NCBI GenBank assembly: GCA_022813965.1
Contig: JALDZS010000008.1
Location: 1 to 64,000 of the forward strand
DNA: 64,000 nt
Direction of reading: 5' to 3'
Source of the DNA: Toensbergia leucococca
Taxonomy: Eukaryota
Of this stretch, positions 1 through 12,832 are shown in pieces (the first letter of the stretch is position 1; every line of letters begins with the position of its first letter). The translations under genes and the position numbers were made by a program. The notes under the pieces were generated by a model. That model had not been told where the DNA came from. It saw nothing but the letters and a program-made list of their open reading frames with translations, and made no database searches.

Positions 1-338
1 GTCCACTCACCTCACCTTTCTATCTGAACCATGATACTACTCAGCACGGATACAACCTGAGAGGACCTTGATCTACATTGGTCTGCTTTACTTCAATCTT
101 TCAGCGACATTTACTGATTTGCCCGTTCAAAGATCACTGCAAACCTGCATATATCTTTTTGTCCTCAATCACTCAATCACCAAACCTCGTGATCCATTTC
201 AATCTCAAAACTTTAGCCCTACATCTTCACGATCTTTTGATAATCTCTGTGCAGCGTATTAACTGTCTCCTTCTCCAGTCATCATTTCTCACCTCACATC
301 GCAAAGCTAACTTTCACTTCCCACCTCAGTCTATCAAA

Positions 339-1171
339 ATGCCTAAGGGCGTTAGGGTCATTTCGTGGACGCCTGAAAATGACATCAAATTATTTCACGC
401 AATCTTAGCCGTCCAAGGCGTGCAAGTAGCTGATGCTGAAAAGGTAGCTGCCGTATTTGGTAAGTAAAGCCTCCAGGAATAAGTCCTCGGCTCTCCCCTG
501 CGCATCCCATTTCAATCGAGCAAGTACTCGGAATTCCCCTTTCTTGTCTGCCGTCTACACTCCCACACTTTTGACACTGTCAGCTAGACTAATTTCGCAA
601 TCAAGGTGACAACATTCCAGTCAACTGTATCAAGGACCGTTTGATCAGACTACGCATGAATATTAAAAAGAACGGTGTTTCTGGCGGCGCCACTACTGTC
701 CCCAAAGCTACCAAGACTAAGCCATCCACCACTGCGCCAAAAGGTCGCATGGCGAAAACTGCCGCCAAAGTCAAGAAGGAAATGCAATCCGAAACTGAAG
801 AGGATGACGAAGATTTGAATATTTCCGACAATATCAAACCAGCTACTCCTCCTGAAACCCCCGATAATAAAGCAGGTGTTTTCGGTACCACAAGCGGCAG
901 CAGACAAATGACACCAACGCCTTCAGCCAAGATGCACAAAGTCTCAACCGGTCGCATCTCGAAGTCCCGCTGCTCCCCACGTAAAAATATCAAAAAGGAC
1001 TACAAAGCCCTTGAAGACCCGTATCTTGGCATGGAGGCAGTTGAGGACGGCGACGGCGAGAAAATCTTCAAGGAAGAGGCAGACGAAAGCGAAGATATGG
1101 CAGCCGCGGACGAGCATTTTGAAGCCGGGTTCGCAGAGGCGGAGGAGAGTAACCCGGATGTAGGGGTCTAA
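339..1171 (+). CDS. Small fungal protein with N-terminal Myb/SANT-like helical domain and Lys-rich/acidic tail (paralog 1); exons 339-459, 606-1171
   Basis: ATG at 339. Intron 460-605 (GTAAGT...GACTAAT...AAG) joins MPKGVRVISWTPENDIKLFHAIL...VAAVFG in frame to DNIPVNCIKDRLIRLR and ORF 641-1171. Confidence 0.8.
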
Positions 1172-2487
1172 TCATAATTGGATTGTGGACGACCACAGCG
1201 TTCTAGGTTGTCCGGTGGACTCTATGTTACAACTGCGATTTCGAGCCTTCTCGTTTCTCCTAGATAGTTTCTTCGGAGATAACGCAATACAAATTCATCG
1301 AGACATCTAGCAATTCGAATAAAGCTACCCTCGCCAATAAAAGCACATTCTCCGTATCAAAATTCTCCTTATCTAAAATATCCCATCGTAAAAAAAAGTT
1401 AACCCCACTACAACCAAAGACCCAAATCAAGCCAACGAAACTAGCCAAGCCCCACCAGTGCAGATCACCACCCCAAAATCCTCGCATTCAGGTACGCGGC
1501 CCACTAGCCGCATAAATCCACGCACGGCTGCAAACATCCGGGGAAGCGCGCGCAGAGGCCCATGGTAATTTAATCGCCTTGCGCCCGCTAAGGTACCCAT
1601 GTAAATGTCATCATGTCCCTGGCCACATATGTACTCGATGGACTACATGCAACATCCACCCCCCTGAAAGTATGTGATAGGTAAGCTCTGACGGCGCAGA
1701 AGCGCGGTTTGGGCGTGCTTAGTCTTACGTGTCGAGGCCCTGTCGAGTAAAAATAACTCACCTACTTTGCATGGGGCTTTAGTGTATGATGGGAGATGGG
1801 CTCCGTTTTCTTTTTCTTTTGGGGGGCGGGAGGGAAAAGGGGTAGTTGGGGTGGTGGTGTGATGGGTTCTCATGCTGGGCTAGGGGAAAACGGCCTTTCT
1901 GTGCAATGCTGTGAGGATCCGTAAGCAGGGAGAGAAGAGAGGAGAGGTACTTGGGTAGCTCGAGTCCCGCACACTCTCTCTGTTTATCTACCTGCGCATC
2001 GATCTCTAGCTTTGATCTCCCATTGCTTGGGTTCTTTTGGGTTTGTTTGTAAGGGATTTCGGCTTGGGTTTTCGCATCTCTTGAGACCTGTTCCGTTGCC
2101 GCTGAAAAGAAAGATAGAAAACGTGAGGTTGAAAATCCTGTACCATTCTCAGTTCTTACATTAAACATCGACATCCAACTTACCCCACCAAGTTCTCAAA
2201 TAAGAGGAGGAAGAAAACCACTCACAATTTCACCAAACCCGCACACTTCTAACCTTCAACCTCCACATCAAAACCACACTTTATCAACCAAAACCATCTC
2301 CTCTATCAACTCACCAAACAACCCCATTCTCGTCACAAAAACAGGAACCACTCACCTTGCCAACCTCCAACAACCCCAAACTTTCACAACCTTCAACAAT
2401 CCAGCCCCTCACAATCACAACCTCACAATCACAACCTCACAAACCACAACCTCACAACCACAACCAACCGCTCCTTTCCAAAAAAAA

Positions 2488-3485
2488 ATGCCAAATTGGA
2501 AAGATCCCCGCTCCTACGAGCGCCTCCTCGCCGCCATGGTGGCTGCGAATGACATGAAAGTACGTCCACTTTTTTCCCACAACAGTACCAAGTCCTACCC
2601 ATCTATTCATCTATCATAAATGAACTGCAAACAAAAAAAGAAAGAAAGGAAGTGGTCACAACTATATGCCCGACTCTTTTTTTCTATTTTTTTCTTATTA
2701 CTGGAGGGAAGGATAAGGGATGTGTGCGAAAAACACTAGTATCCTCTTCGCAGTATCTGTGATTCTCAAAAAATCACATGGTGATCCCACTTTTTTTCTT
2801 ACAGCAACAATAACCCTTTGCCTCCCCTCCACCTCATCTCTCAATCTTCTTCCGTGCCGATAAGCTATGCCCCAAACATTCCAGCTCGCATCCTCTTTCC
2901 CCATTCTCCACCCCTCTACTCCCACTTTCCCCCCCAAACCAAACCACTCCAAGACCCCACTAACCCCCCCCCCTCCCACAGCTCGACTACCGCAAAATCG
3001 CCTCCATGTACGGCGAAGGCGCAACCTACGACAGCATCGAAGGCCGCTTCCGCCTAATCCGCAAAGCCGCCCTAGACCTAAAAACCGAAATCGACACCGG
3101 CGCCCGCGAAGGCGCTCCTGCCCGCAACAACAACAAGAACAAAACCGACAACAACAATAACGGGGTGAAAACGGAAGAAGGGACTTCATCAGCTGCGTGC
3201 ACGCCGTCGAAGAAGAAGAAGCCGAGAGTGAAACAGGAGGAGAAGACGCCGACGAAGAAGAGTAATGGGGGTGCGGTTTTGGGGGGAAGGGTTGGGAAGG
3301 TGGGGACGCCTTTGAAGGGGAAGGGGAAGGGGGGGAGGATGGGGGGGGTTAAGGAGGAGGTTGTTTTTGGGAGTAGTGAGGGGAGCTTTGGGGGGGAGGA
3401 GGAGGAGGGGGGGTGGGGGGCTGGGATTTTTGAGAATGGGGATGGGGATGGGGATGGGGTGTTGTTTGATGGGATGGAGGTTTGA
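2488..3485 (+). CDS. Small fungal Myb/SANT-like protein (paralog 2); exons 2488-2559, 2982-3485
   Basis: MPNWKDPRSYERLLAAMVAANDMK, then intron 2560-2981 (GTACGT...CACTAAC...CAG), then LDYRKIASMYGEGATYDSIEGRFRLIRK in frame with ORF 3006-3485. Confidence 0.85.
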
Positions 3486-3801
3486 GGAGGTGTTGCGTTT
3501 TTTTGTGATGGGTGGGCGATTTCGTTGCGAGGTTTTTGAGCGGGGCGGGGAGGTGGGTTTGTTGGTGGTGGAGGCGGGGATGCTTGATATGTGGTTTCTT
3601 GGTGGGCTTCTTATGTCATGTCGTGGATCCTGAATCTGTGTAGCTTGTTTTTTTTTCCAAATCTTCATCGGGTGGATAATTTGTGTTCTGAACATGTGTC
3701 ACATACTGAATGGTGACCGCCCGGGTCCCCAATCCTAAGGAAAGTCACAGTCACAGTCATGATACTAACCCACTCAGGATATAACAAGGCTCCTGCTATT
3801 G

Positions 3802-4108
3802 CGACACCCCACCCCCACCATACCTGATTAGGCATTAGTGAGGCCCCGGGCGCAAGTTCACCGAGGGAAACGTTATCTTTCTGCACCACATCTTGACTCG
3901 ATTCCCTACCACTTCGCAAGCCAAATACCTGTTCCAAAGTGCGAGCCATCTAGAAGCCAAATTATTTAGGAGAAAAAACCAAGCTTTTGTACCACATCCT
4001 GACTTGATTCCCCCACCCCCCACGGCGCACGATCACCCCCCGGGCGCAAAAACATCATGATTTTGCAAGCTATCTACCTCGTTCCGAAATCATGAAAACA
4101 CCCTGTTA
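3802..4108. repeat. Least-mutated copy of a dispersed ~270-300 bp repeat (TIR-like unit)
   Basis: Aligns by eye with 12833-13090 and with the reverse complement of 13410-13677. Shared blocks include GACACCCC, GGGCGCAA, CACCACATCTTG, CTTTTGTA, CTGACTTGATTCC and GCAAAAAC. Confidence 0.8.
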
Positions 4109-4251
4109 TCCCATGGTTGGATGGGGATAAAGGCAGCATTTTCGCATGCAAAATGGCATAAATTCCCTGGCGAATTGGCAAAGCATGCGCAACCATGCAA
4201 ATTCGAAGCCCCAAAAGCCGACTTACCTCACGGCTCGCCTCACCTCATACA

Positions 4252-4315
4252 TGCAGACGATGCACGGGCTTCCTTTGGATCGAACAACAAGCTTCATCGT
4301 CACCTACAAGCTTGC
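4252..4315 (+). pseudogene. Frameshifted C2HC zinc-finger relic, probably from a retrotransposon polyprotein
   Basis: CRRCT, one extra base at ~4267, then ASFGSNNKLHRHLQAC. This fits C-x2-C-x3-F-x5-L-x2-H-x3-C. Confidence 0.5.
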
Positions 4316-4872
4316 CTTCCCGCGTTCCGCCTCCGAGCACCTCGCCATCGCGAGATAGATGAACCATGGAGGGTACACGCAAAGGCTAAGAGCATGGATA
4401 CAAATGGGGTACCACTTGGGCATGACAAGACTATTGGCATGGCTATGGAATGCATGCACGGTGCAAAGGACAGGTGCCATAGGTGGCTATTGCCATAGGC
4501 CATGATGGCATGGCTATTTTCTGTTTTGGTGGCATCTGTTACGGATAATCCTCCACCATGCACCGTGATGTGTTGATGCATTGGGCCTAGCACCTCGGTT
4601 AGCTCGGCTCACCTAGATGAGAGCTTGCCCCCCTAGCTAGCTTTCTCATCCATCCATCATACTTCAACCATGCTTTATCAGAGATTTCACCCTCATTATG
4701 TGATTATCCCTGGCAATTATATTTTGTTCATTTAAACTGTTAAAACAGTGTTAAAGGTTTATAAAAAGAGTGTTCATGAACTAAGCTGCTGTGTTAACAA
4801 TTCAAAGAATATTAAATAATAAAATCAGTCTCAATCTGACCTCTGCTATGTCTTCACAGTTGTGAATGTGAC

Positions 4873-5622
4873 CTAATCATCTATATTTGTGATAACAGTC
4901 AACATATAGGGCTGCGAGGTGGTTGCCAATCCCTTCACGTCGCTCCACTTGTTCGTTAGAACTTGGAACATTGTTGCTCCATTTGCTCCATCGAGACCCA
5001 CGAGCTTTTTCACCCATGTGAGATCCCAGTACAGCTGCCCGCCCTTCACGCCGCTCTCCCACACACGGAGAACATCCTTGTCATATCGCAAAACGACACT
5101 GTCCTTCACAGCGCTGGTGGCGGGAAGTGCAGCGAAGATGCGCAGCACAGAATCCCCAGGCTTGTCACCAATGTACAGAGTGAGCGGCTTTAATTCAGCA
5201 GTCGTCATGCTGTCAGGAACTGAAATACTGCTGAGGGGGTCTGTTGACTTGGGATTAGCATTCATCATTGCCGGGGGCGCGGGATCAATACTGGGGTCAA
5301 GGTAGCGCACTGGAATTACATAATCCTTCTGGCCCTCTGTAGCTACCAGGACGAATGCCTTCGGCGAGGGCGTAGGAGGCAGCAGGCTGACCGTCTCGGA
5401 GATCGAGGTCTTGAACCGTTTATACGGGGACAAGGTGCCGCCGCCAAGGGCATTGCCGAGAAGGCTGTAGCGGATCTTGTCAGTCGTTTTGGTGTCGCGC
5501 TCAAGCCCACCGCCAGCCCGGAAACTGACGACTATTCCGTCGACGTAGACCGTAAGTTGCTTGGTCTTTGGATCGTAGGTCGAACTGAAGCATTCAAAGC
5601 CAATTGGAATGAGTGAGCCCAT
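4873..5622 (-). CDS. Hypothetical 249-aa protein, intronless
   Basis: Clean ATG-to-TAG ORF with coding-like composition and AT-rich flanks. No motif recognised. Confidence 0.7.
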   Translation of the reverse strand: MGSLIPIGFECFSSTYDPKTKQLTVYVDGIVVSFRAGGGLERDTKTTDKIRYSLLGNALGGGTLSPYKRFKTSISETVSLLPPTPSPKAFVLVATEGQKDYVIPVRYLDPSIDPAPPAMMNANPKSTDPLSSISVPDSMTTAELKPLTLYIGDKPGDSVLRIFAALPATSAVKDSVVLRYDKDVLRVWESGVKGGQLYWDLTWVKKLVGLDGANGATMFQVLTNKWSDVKGLATTSQPYMLTVITNIDD

Positions 5623-6664
5623 CTTGAAGCCAAGTGATTCTTAAGGATACTGTATTTCCTTTGATTTCTGTCAAGTCAATAGGCTTTGAAGTAGTCTCTT
5701 GTTGTGATCTCAATGAATGAGGTATTCTGCTTGTTTTATAGCATTGAGCTTGCTACTTCTCAGCCTGAGGTAATTCTTAAGAAAGCCGTGACTGTAAAGA
5801 GAGCGCAACGGAGCGCAAGCCATGGCTTTCTCATGCCGCTTCAGCCAGCGACTTTAAACGGCCTTGGGCTCCAGGCCATGGGTCTCCAATGTTGACCTGT
5901 CATGGTCCTAAGTCTAGACTTGAGAGACGTTATCGGGGACCCGCAAAGCTTGATCTCAGCTCAGCCATTTTAGACCTCAGCCAGCTCACACAACGCCATT
6001 TTCAGACTCTTTATGTTCCAGGCTCGATGTAGCAGCTGCAAAGATATGGCAAAGTCTCAGCATGTGACTGCCAAGGCTCTGATACACCCCATTTACTATC
6101 GGAGACAACTCATCATTCTCCCCGCGTCAATCGTTTGGCTGCATGACCCTGTCTCTGAGGCGGCAGCTGGATGGGAAAGCTGAGAAGCTCATGCAGCACT
6201 GATCGTAAATGAGGCATCTGCACCGCCAGCATTACGAGGATCAGCAGCCAATCGCTGAATTCACAGTGTTTGTCCTTCTTGTTGAAGGAGGTCGGGCAAG
6301 GGGGGCAGAGAGGTAGGAAGCAGGTAAAATGCAATCATAATCCCTGCGGTCCTGCGCCAGGCTGGACGCAAGGGTGGTTCCCCACGCAAATCAGATGATT
6401 GCTGGCCTGGTCATCAGCTTCCGCACTGAACCGGTGAATGGAACGCAGAGCCTGACTCTCATGACACCGCGGTTGTTAGCTAGCCTAGCTCTGAAATCCT
6501 GGTATCCCTTGAAGTGTTTTATGGGCAGCCATGCCAGGGTAGATAATGTGATGTGTCTGATTGGCTCACTAAGGGATCACCCCGCAAATTAGAGAGAATT
6601 AGCGGGAAACACATACAAATTTGAGCTTCCATCTCTATGCGTACCCATTATTCTCATCTACCTA

Positions 6665-8280
6665 CGAGGTCAAAAAATTAAGTCCTGACCAGGCCACCGT
6701 AGAGAACTGCGTGGACCCTGAAAACATCAAAACATGAAGATCACGATAATTAGATCTTCTATTTAACCATGGAAGTTGTTCATTCCTTCAGCTTCTAGAA
6801 CCTGTTTGATCCTTCTCTCTAGGTTCTCAATCAATGGATTAATATGCTTCTCAATATCTAGCTTATCTCACTCATCCATCCATGCTGCATGTAACTGATC
6901 ATACCCTTTGATATAAGGCCTTCTCTTCGCTACTCTATCCTTGAGAAGACACCATATGTGTTCTATAGGGTTGAGATCTGAGGAGTTGCCAGGCCATCGT
7001 AGTAGCTGAGTGTCAAACTCTGAAAAGATTTGATCATTCCAGTGAGAGATGTGATTGGAACAGCCATCTTGCATTATCAGAGCATTTGAATGAGTCCTTC
7101 TGAACTCTGTGTATGCAGGGAGTAAATGTGATCATAGGATGTGTCTGTTGTATCAATATCAGTCAATTCCTTCTCCCTTAGAACGTAGTTGTAGCTCAAA
7201 GGAGTTGCAGAACTGTGAATAAACTCCTTAACGCTTCTTGCCTGCAGCCGCTAAGGACACATCTATTGCTTCTTACTTTGCCAGTCAGATCTTTTCCTCC
7301 TTTATCCATCTAGTTATGTCCTCCTGTTTTAACTCTTCTTTAGACATAGCCCTAGCTTTTGAAGTCTCTTTCTCATAGATGTGACAGAGACCTTTCCATC
7401 CTCATGCAATAGAACCTCAAAACATGAATGTGAAGTTAGATTTAAAGGACTTTTCCATACATTCTAAATCCCATTCTTCATCCTTGATATGTGTGATAAG
7501 GCCTTTCCCTCAGTGCTCTCCCATTATCACAGATGTTTCATCAGTAAAGATGACTTGATCTCAGCCACCTATGTCTAATATATTGTCCTCTTTACTGTGT
7601 AGAGTTCATGTTTCATGCCACAAACAGAAAATCATGTGATCATCCTTCATTTTGTTGTTAAGAAATGGCTTGTATCATGAATGATAACGTTCGTATCCAC
7701 CTTCTCTAAAAGCCTTTGCAATGATAGGAGGAGATGCCTGAATGCCACAATCCTTAAGAGAGTTAGTCAAGCTGCAGATATACTTGCAAGAATCATACCT
7801 TTGCGACATCCATTCAGCTTGCATGCCTCCATTCATAGGTGCTGATGACCTTCTTTCATAGTCTCTCTTTCTCCTCCTTTGTCAAGAGATTTGATCGGCC
7901 TTTCTTAGGATCTGAAAGCAGATTCTCTTCAATTGAATCCTCCCTAGCTCTTTTTTCTCCCCTTTTAGCAATCCGTCATACCGTGATATGATTCAAATGC
8001 AAGGATTCAGCCATGTTTGTTATGTATTGATTATTGCTGATTTCTCCTAGGGGATGACGATCCTGAACGTTAATAGCATAGCTAATTGCTCCCCTTGTGG
8101 ATGGGCTGATCTGACAACCACCCCGGTGCTTATTTACAAGCTCATTATTACAAAGCATGGATGTGGATGAGATACAGATCAATAAACAGTATGATTTGCA
8201 TCGAATTCCCGATTCTTAGGATCACTACGTTGACCTAATACCCTACGGTGGCCTGGTCAGGACTTAATTTTTTGACCTCG
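6665..8280 (-). mobile_element. Tc1/mariner (DD34E) DNA transposon, 1616 bp, with an inactivated transposase
   Basis: Perfect 38-bp TIRs CGAGGTCAAAAAATTAAGTCCTGACCAGGCCACCGTAG at 6665-6702 and 8243-8280. The left flank is TA and the right flank is TG. Minus-strand motifs VIFTDETSV (~7540) and QDG...WPGNSSDLNPIEHIW have 34 residues between D and E. There are multiple TGA stops. Confidence 0.95.
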
Positions 8281-8445
8281 TGCTCATTCCGACCGATAAA
8301 TCTAGCCTCATGATGAAGAGACCAGCAGTCCTTTTCCTCCTTACCTCTACAGAAGGCTAATCCTTCACGTGACCTAGATGTACACCCCCATTTTGACTGT
8401 GTAGGACGTCAACGTTTCTTGGTAGGAGGACCTTCTTCCATCACC

Positions 8446-8523
8446 CCCATATTTCCATCCACCATATTTCCGTCCACCACATTTCCGTCCACCATATTTT
8501 CATTCACCATATTTCCATCCACC
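8446..8523. repeat. 15-bp tandem repeat, 5 copies (consensus ACCATATTTCCRTCC)
   Basis: Read directly. On the minus strand it encodes VDGNM-type repeats. Confidence 0.9.
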
Positions 8524-9638
8524 TCCGCAAGGGGAGCCCTCCTTTTCTTAGGCCTGAAACAGTTCGGAATCGATGGATGTGGCGTCTTGTCAGCTTTGCA
8601 TACAGTACAGTAGCTATTGCGATCGAGGGGAAAGATTTGTTTACATGTTTACGAAAGAAATTAAGGTATGATGCTGATGGTTTGATTGGTTGCCCTACTC
8701 GGGCACTAACCACTACGGTGACACTAACAGATGGCTGCCCGTCGAGCCCGTAAAACACTCCAAGGGATAGAGTTATCTGCTCACCTTAGAGGTCACGTCA
8801 TCCATCAATCACCGTAGTGAGTGCATCAAAGGAAATCCTTTAAGGTAATCATTGCGAAACCCCCATATCGTTCACAAGTCTTGACAATACGTTTTTATTA
8901 CTGACAAGATGAGCGTCTATTCTCATCATTCATGTTCTACTATCAATATCCTATTATGACTGTATATAAAACACAATCTCTCTGTACCACTCAGCAGTTT
9001 TTTTTTATCTCCTTCAATCATAACGCTCATGGGTCCCGTACCTTTGTTGAACCAAAGGCGGGAGCCTTTTCCAGGGCTCTCATGCGTATCGAAACGGTCA
9101 TCAGCGACTTTATCCCGCCCCCCCCTCCAGACTCCAATTACCATCCCGGCCAGCTTCCCCAACGTGTTCGTTTTAAACATTTCTCAATCCACCAAGTACA
9201 TCATCCGGCGGGACGCTCGCCTTCCTCACCCGGCGTACTCACAACACTCCCTTTTTAAAGCATACTCGCGCAGGTACCCACCGTACAGCATCACCTGCTC
9301 CTTTGCGTTCTCAGTCTCTAAACGCTACTGGAACCGAGGACAACGTATTCAAGCGCCCCAGCTAAGCAAGTAATACACCCGCGTTGATGGCAAGAGAGGA
9401 TCACCCGCGATTCAGACATCGTCGAACGAGCGAAAGGGGGATGAATGCAAGATTCATGTCTCTCACGATATTTCATCGCAAGCTGGTCGGGGACAATTCA
9501 ACATTACCTACCGTACCTTGTGGACAGGAGCGAGCTGCGCAGCTACAGCGCCAGGATATAAGCAAAATCTCAACCTTTGAATGTTTAGCTACACATCAAC
9601 GCTCCGCCGCGCGACGAATTTATTAGAAAATGAGTTGA

Positions 9639-12368
9639 TTATTGATAATAATCTTCATCGATAGGCGCGCCAATGAAATCTCTTCGAACGGCCAACCCAA
9701 GTTGACCCGGCTTCTTAGGGCTAGTACTCCCTGACACCAGAACCCCCCACTGCAGTTTTTCGAGCCAAGGTGTATTAACAGGAGCGGAATGGCTAGGAGA
9801 GTGGTCCAGAAGTCTCGAACGATGCAGGCTACCTCTACTTTCGTCGTGTTCTTGTTCATCGTTGCCCATCTGTACAGTTGAGGGTCCGCCCTCTTCGTCC
9901 TGCTGCTCGTTATGCTCTGCCTCTCCCACATTCTCTTCTCCTTCCCGCTGTGCCTCTATCTCATGCATCTCGATTCCTCCTCCTGCTGCTGCTCCTCCTC
10001 CTTCTTCTCCTTCTCCTCCTCCTTCTACACCTACGACTACAACTGCGCCGATGCCTGCGATAGTGCCATCGTTCGATATAGTGCCATAGTTACCAATTGG
10101 TCGACCGCGAGGTCGTTGACATTGAGCAGCGATGGCGGCGGAGTTGGATCCAACGATAATGGAATTTTTTGGCAGGGTTCTGAGCGATAGTGCTACTGGA
10201 ATAAGCACAGCTACGACGGCCAGGATCAGCGTGAGGAGGATGGCTTGCGTTGAGTATTGAAGACCAAAGTCGAGAGGTGTTGCGAGGAAATCATTGCTGT
10301 CGACCGGTAGCACTGCAAGTGTCCGGCATCAGTTCAACACTCCACTATCTACAAAAGAGCAGAGAGAAGGAAATGCTGGAGGATGGAACTAGTAACAGCG
10401 CACCTTCTTTAGCGACAACGTACAACGACTGGCTAATGCTCCAGTGTAAGGCGATGCTTAGGCCCATGAATAAAGCACCCCAAAAGAATGGCGCTCCGAG
10501 CAAGTAGCTCGATCTTTGATTTGGCTTTTGTGGGTCTGTCACTTTGAGCCTATAAGGCATTTCAACGAAAAGGGCCCATTCCCTCGCCTGGAATAGTCGA
10601 GAGAAGATTGCGGTAAACCAGAAATAGCATATTGTAAGAATTGACTGAGGGAGATTAGCTACGATGGCACTGGAGGTTCTGCTACCGAACAGATTGATCC
10701 GGCCATTGTTGGGGTCGGTGCCAAACCCGCTTTCACCACTAGTTGAGTGAATCTATTAACTCGTAAACTTTGTGTTTCAGAGACATCAACTTACAGAAAC
10801 CCCTTCCCAAAGTATGAGTTGTGATTTATACCAATTCCTAGCAAAACGGAAACTATTGCGAGAACGACGGCGATTGAGATATATGTCGTGACCCAGATAT
10901 TTCGTGGCACCACCTTCCACCAGCGCTTCTCCTCCCCATTCCACTCCTTCGGCTGCCCAGTCCAAGGAATATGCATCCTGTCTGTCTTTTGAGCGACCTT
11001 CCTTGGATTGTACGTACGAAACCAATCTTGGTCGAATGTGCACAGCCTAGACATGGTAGCGTCATCGTGTTGCTTCAGTTGATGCTGGATCATATCACCA
11101 AGGCACTATACAGGTTCCTTATCTCGTAGCAAGAGCAGTAAGACAATTGCGCAGATATCCTTGATGAAGATACACAAGCAAACAAGTAACATAAAGACGT
11201 TGGTCGCTTCGATCTTACACGGTGCGTTAAAGGGCTCAGCCAAGCAATAGAGACCAGTGACAGCATCGTAGGCCGGGCTAAAATTTGGCGCTGCCGACAG
11301 ATCTCCGGATGAGTAGTAAGACTCCACCCATTGGAAATTCCATGGCTCAAAATCGTAGTCCTGTGGGAGGGTGGAGAAATCACTATATCCCATTTGGCCG
11401 CTGCATATGCCGTAGGCGCAATATGGTTGCAAGTACCATAAAGTGTTCAGCGCATTCGGATCGTAAGAATTTTCCGATATGTTTGTGTAGTATATAGGTA
11501 TGCTACCATTCCAGACTGTGGCGCCTGTCCATCCGGTAGCGTTTTTATCCGGCCCTGCTTCGACGACGGTGACCAGGTTTCGGTAGTATTGAAGACCATT
11601 CGGTAATGTCAAGTAGGTCTTCCGGCACTCATCAGTGTTCAATTTCGTCCAATTGGAGTTTTGAATTTGCTGCTGAATCGTCTTGACCATAGAAGTCATC
11701 GTGTCATTTTGTGACAGCCAACCAGTTCCATAGTAAAGTGTCGCGATGCCAGGAACTTGCCACGGCCCGCCGTCGACAAAACCTTGGCTCACGAGGACCT
11801 GCCGGTAGTTTGTCGAAGTGGTCGTCAAGAATATGGCGGAGTTTGAGAGTAGCTGAACAGGTACGGAGCTCAGGAGGATGATTACCCAAGACCATCGGCG
11901 CATACCGGAAACAAACTGGAGATTCCTCCACGAGTTGACGCCGATATCTAGCCACTTGCATCTTGCATGAGCTGTGTCGACTTCTTCTGGCAAAGGAGCC
12001 ACAGCGAGGCATAGGAATTTGTTCGAAGCGAAGGTCACGAGGAACGAAGCGGCGATCACACTGAAACTGAGGATCTCGCTTAAACGTTTGGCTTGGGAGC
12101 AGTTTCCGGCAAACAAACCCGTTGAGCCAGAGAAATCACCTTTGGTCGATGAGACAATGAGAAGCGTGAGGACGGCTAGACCGATTGTTGAAGACAGCGC
12201 GCAGAGAGCGATGGGTACAGTTCGCCAACCCCTTCTAAAAGGTTTTGTGATTTTTTGCCAGGCCCTTCCGCCAGGGTTTGTGATGGGCTCCAAGGCAATT
12301 GCGACCGTTGTTGCGAAAGTAGTCCATCTGCTTTGGAGAGACTCTGTGACAACAGTCCAGATGGTCAT
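9639..12368 (-). pseudogene. DUF6536-family fungal multi-pass membrane protein, 3 exons, with one in-frame TAG at 11106-11108
   Basis: DUF6536-like motifs (GNCSQAKRL, APLPEEVDTAHARCKWLDIGVNSWRNL, LLSSVPVQLLSNSAIF) and later family motifs (ANLPQ, QRSSYLLGAP, LHWSISQSLYVV, SNSAAIAAQC). Introns lie at ~10739-10793 and ~10314-10403. The sequence reads EPV*CLGD. Confidence 0.75.
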
Positions 12369-12832
12369 GACTCGGGAGTCTTCACGGGGACAGCGCTCAA
12401 TACTGCGCGGCCGGTGGAAGAAAGCTTCATGGAAATGGAGCCAGAGTCCGATCCAAAAAAGCTATCGAACCCTGAGGTCCGGTCTCGTTGACACTCAATC
12501 AAGCTGTTCACCTACAGGTATACCGCATGATAAAATGTAGGCCGAGAACACGACCAAGCACCTCGTGCTGGATTGTGAGTGCAAAGAGCGGACATTGATT
12601 CCGCAAGCTGTCCAAGCTTACTGTGGTGATGATAATGATGATGAGGATGAGGATGGAAAGGGAAAGAGAACGAGAGGCAGCTTTAGGCATCAATAAAGGA
12701 GTGAGAGGCCGTGTGGGCGACGCCACTAGATACGTGTGTATCTACCGCAGCGCGCCACAGTCATTCTCATTCCGCATAGTGTCAAATATACCGTACGTAT
12801 GATAATACAGTTTCAATAGGGAATTGATACAA

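Noticed and set aside
8446..8523. Short repeats as a CRISPR array (also 62198-62585)
   Set aside because: There are no unique spacers and no cas genes, and the context is eukaryotic.
11974..12540. 188-aa plus-strand ORF, and similar ORFs at 35419-36009 and 45038-45475
   Set aside because: These are antisense shadows of well-supported genes.
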